From: Eledone cirrhosa
Taxonomy: Eukaryota
NCBI GenBank assembly: GCA_964016885.1
Contig: OZ024740.1
Span: 270,692,001 to 270,756,000, forward strand
Direction: 5' to 3'
DNA length: 64,000 nucleotides
Shown: positions 63,207-64,000 of the stretch, one piece after another
Numbering within the stretch: position 1 is the stretch's first letter
How the letters are laid out: each line of letters begins with the position of its first letter
Made by a program: the position numbers and the translations under genes
Notes under the pieces: generated by a model
Databases searched by the model: none
What the model was told of the DNA's origin: nothing
The model's input: the letters and a program-made list of their open reading frames with translations, nothing else

Positions 63207-64000
63207 GGTATATATATAAAAAGGAGGTCAATATTACCACAGGTACTAAGTACCCCTGGAAATATATAGGGTGTCTATGGTACAGTTGTTGTTCTATGGT
63301 ATCAATTTGACATACCAGAACTATAAAATTGAGATAAGCGGAACAAGTAAGATTCAAAAATGTTTTTAATAAATTAAAAAATATAATTTAAATATTTACC
63401 TATTTATTCCTTTTGCCTTTACCGACGGTTTCACCTCACAAAAGACTGGAAATCCGAGGGTCTTCCAATGGAAATGTTCGGTTTTTCAGAAAGCATTTTC
63501 CCTACATAGGACGTAAAGTCCCGCGAACGGCAAAATATATTGCCTTCTGCCAGCTAGTGTAGAATCGAATGAGGCCGTAATCTTGACCTACATATGAACT
63601 AGCCCTTAGTAGAAGCGGAAGTAAACATAGACGTGTTGTCTATCACGCCACTAAAATTAGTAGCTAGATCTCAATTATATATATATATATATATATATAC
63701 TGTATATATATACTGTATATATATATATATATATATAGTACCATAAAATATTCAACAGGCACACGGTTACCCAGCCAACCCCGAGTGATGGTAACCACGC
63801 GGTACATGTGGTGGAGCCTTAAGAAGTCATGTAATTGCAGAGACCCATCACTATGCCCCCTTAGTAATTAATGCATGACGAAAAACGTAGTCTACGGGTG
63901 CAAGGTCACAACCCCTAACTCGGAGCACCACTACATAGGATCCACAGCGACGAGCTTCAAATATCGGTGGTATAACCATCGCCATTCCTTTAACAGAATA

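Noticed and set aside
63415-63470. Hammerhead-like minus-strand motif (ACC...GAGGU-GAAA-CCGUC-GGU)
   Set aside because: The 3' half fits, but there is no CUGANGA core at the required position.

Overview
AT-rich, repeat-dense animal genomic DNA. The SINE/RTE repertoire suggests an octopus or other coleoid cephalopod (inference). The only host gene I can support is two phase-compatible exons of a TSNAXIP1-like gene (7075-7178 and terminal exon 39983-40184), about 32.8 kb apart; the ORF track does not resolve them. The rest is transposon landscape: several RTE-type LINE families carrying a PHD-like finger, a complete but disabled 4.2 kb Ty3/Gypsy LTR element (5-bp TSD, -1 frameshift signal, no canonical PBS), tRNA-derived SINEs, piggyBac/mariner/pogo-type MITEs, a non-autonomous Helitron, a 73-bp satellite and a nest of Penelope-like elements (PLEs) in (TA)n tracts at 49-58 kb. 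The most interesting signal is a set of about seven type-I hammerhead ribozyme motifs, intact to degenerate. Three lie 3' of PLE ORFs. Four lie in short non-coding modules between (TA)n tracts, and two of these share an inverted duplication that starts in the ribozyme GAAA. All calls are by eye; no database searches or folding programs were run.
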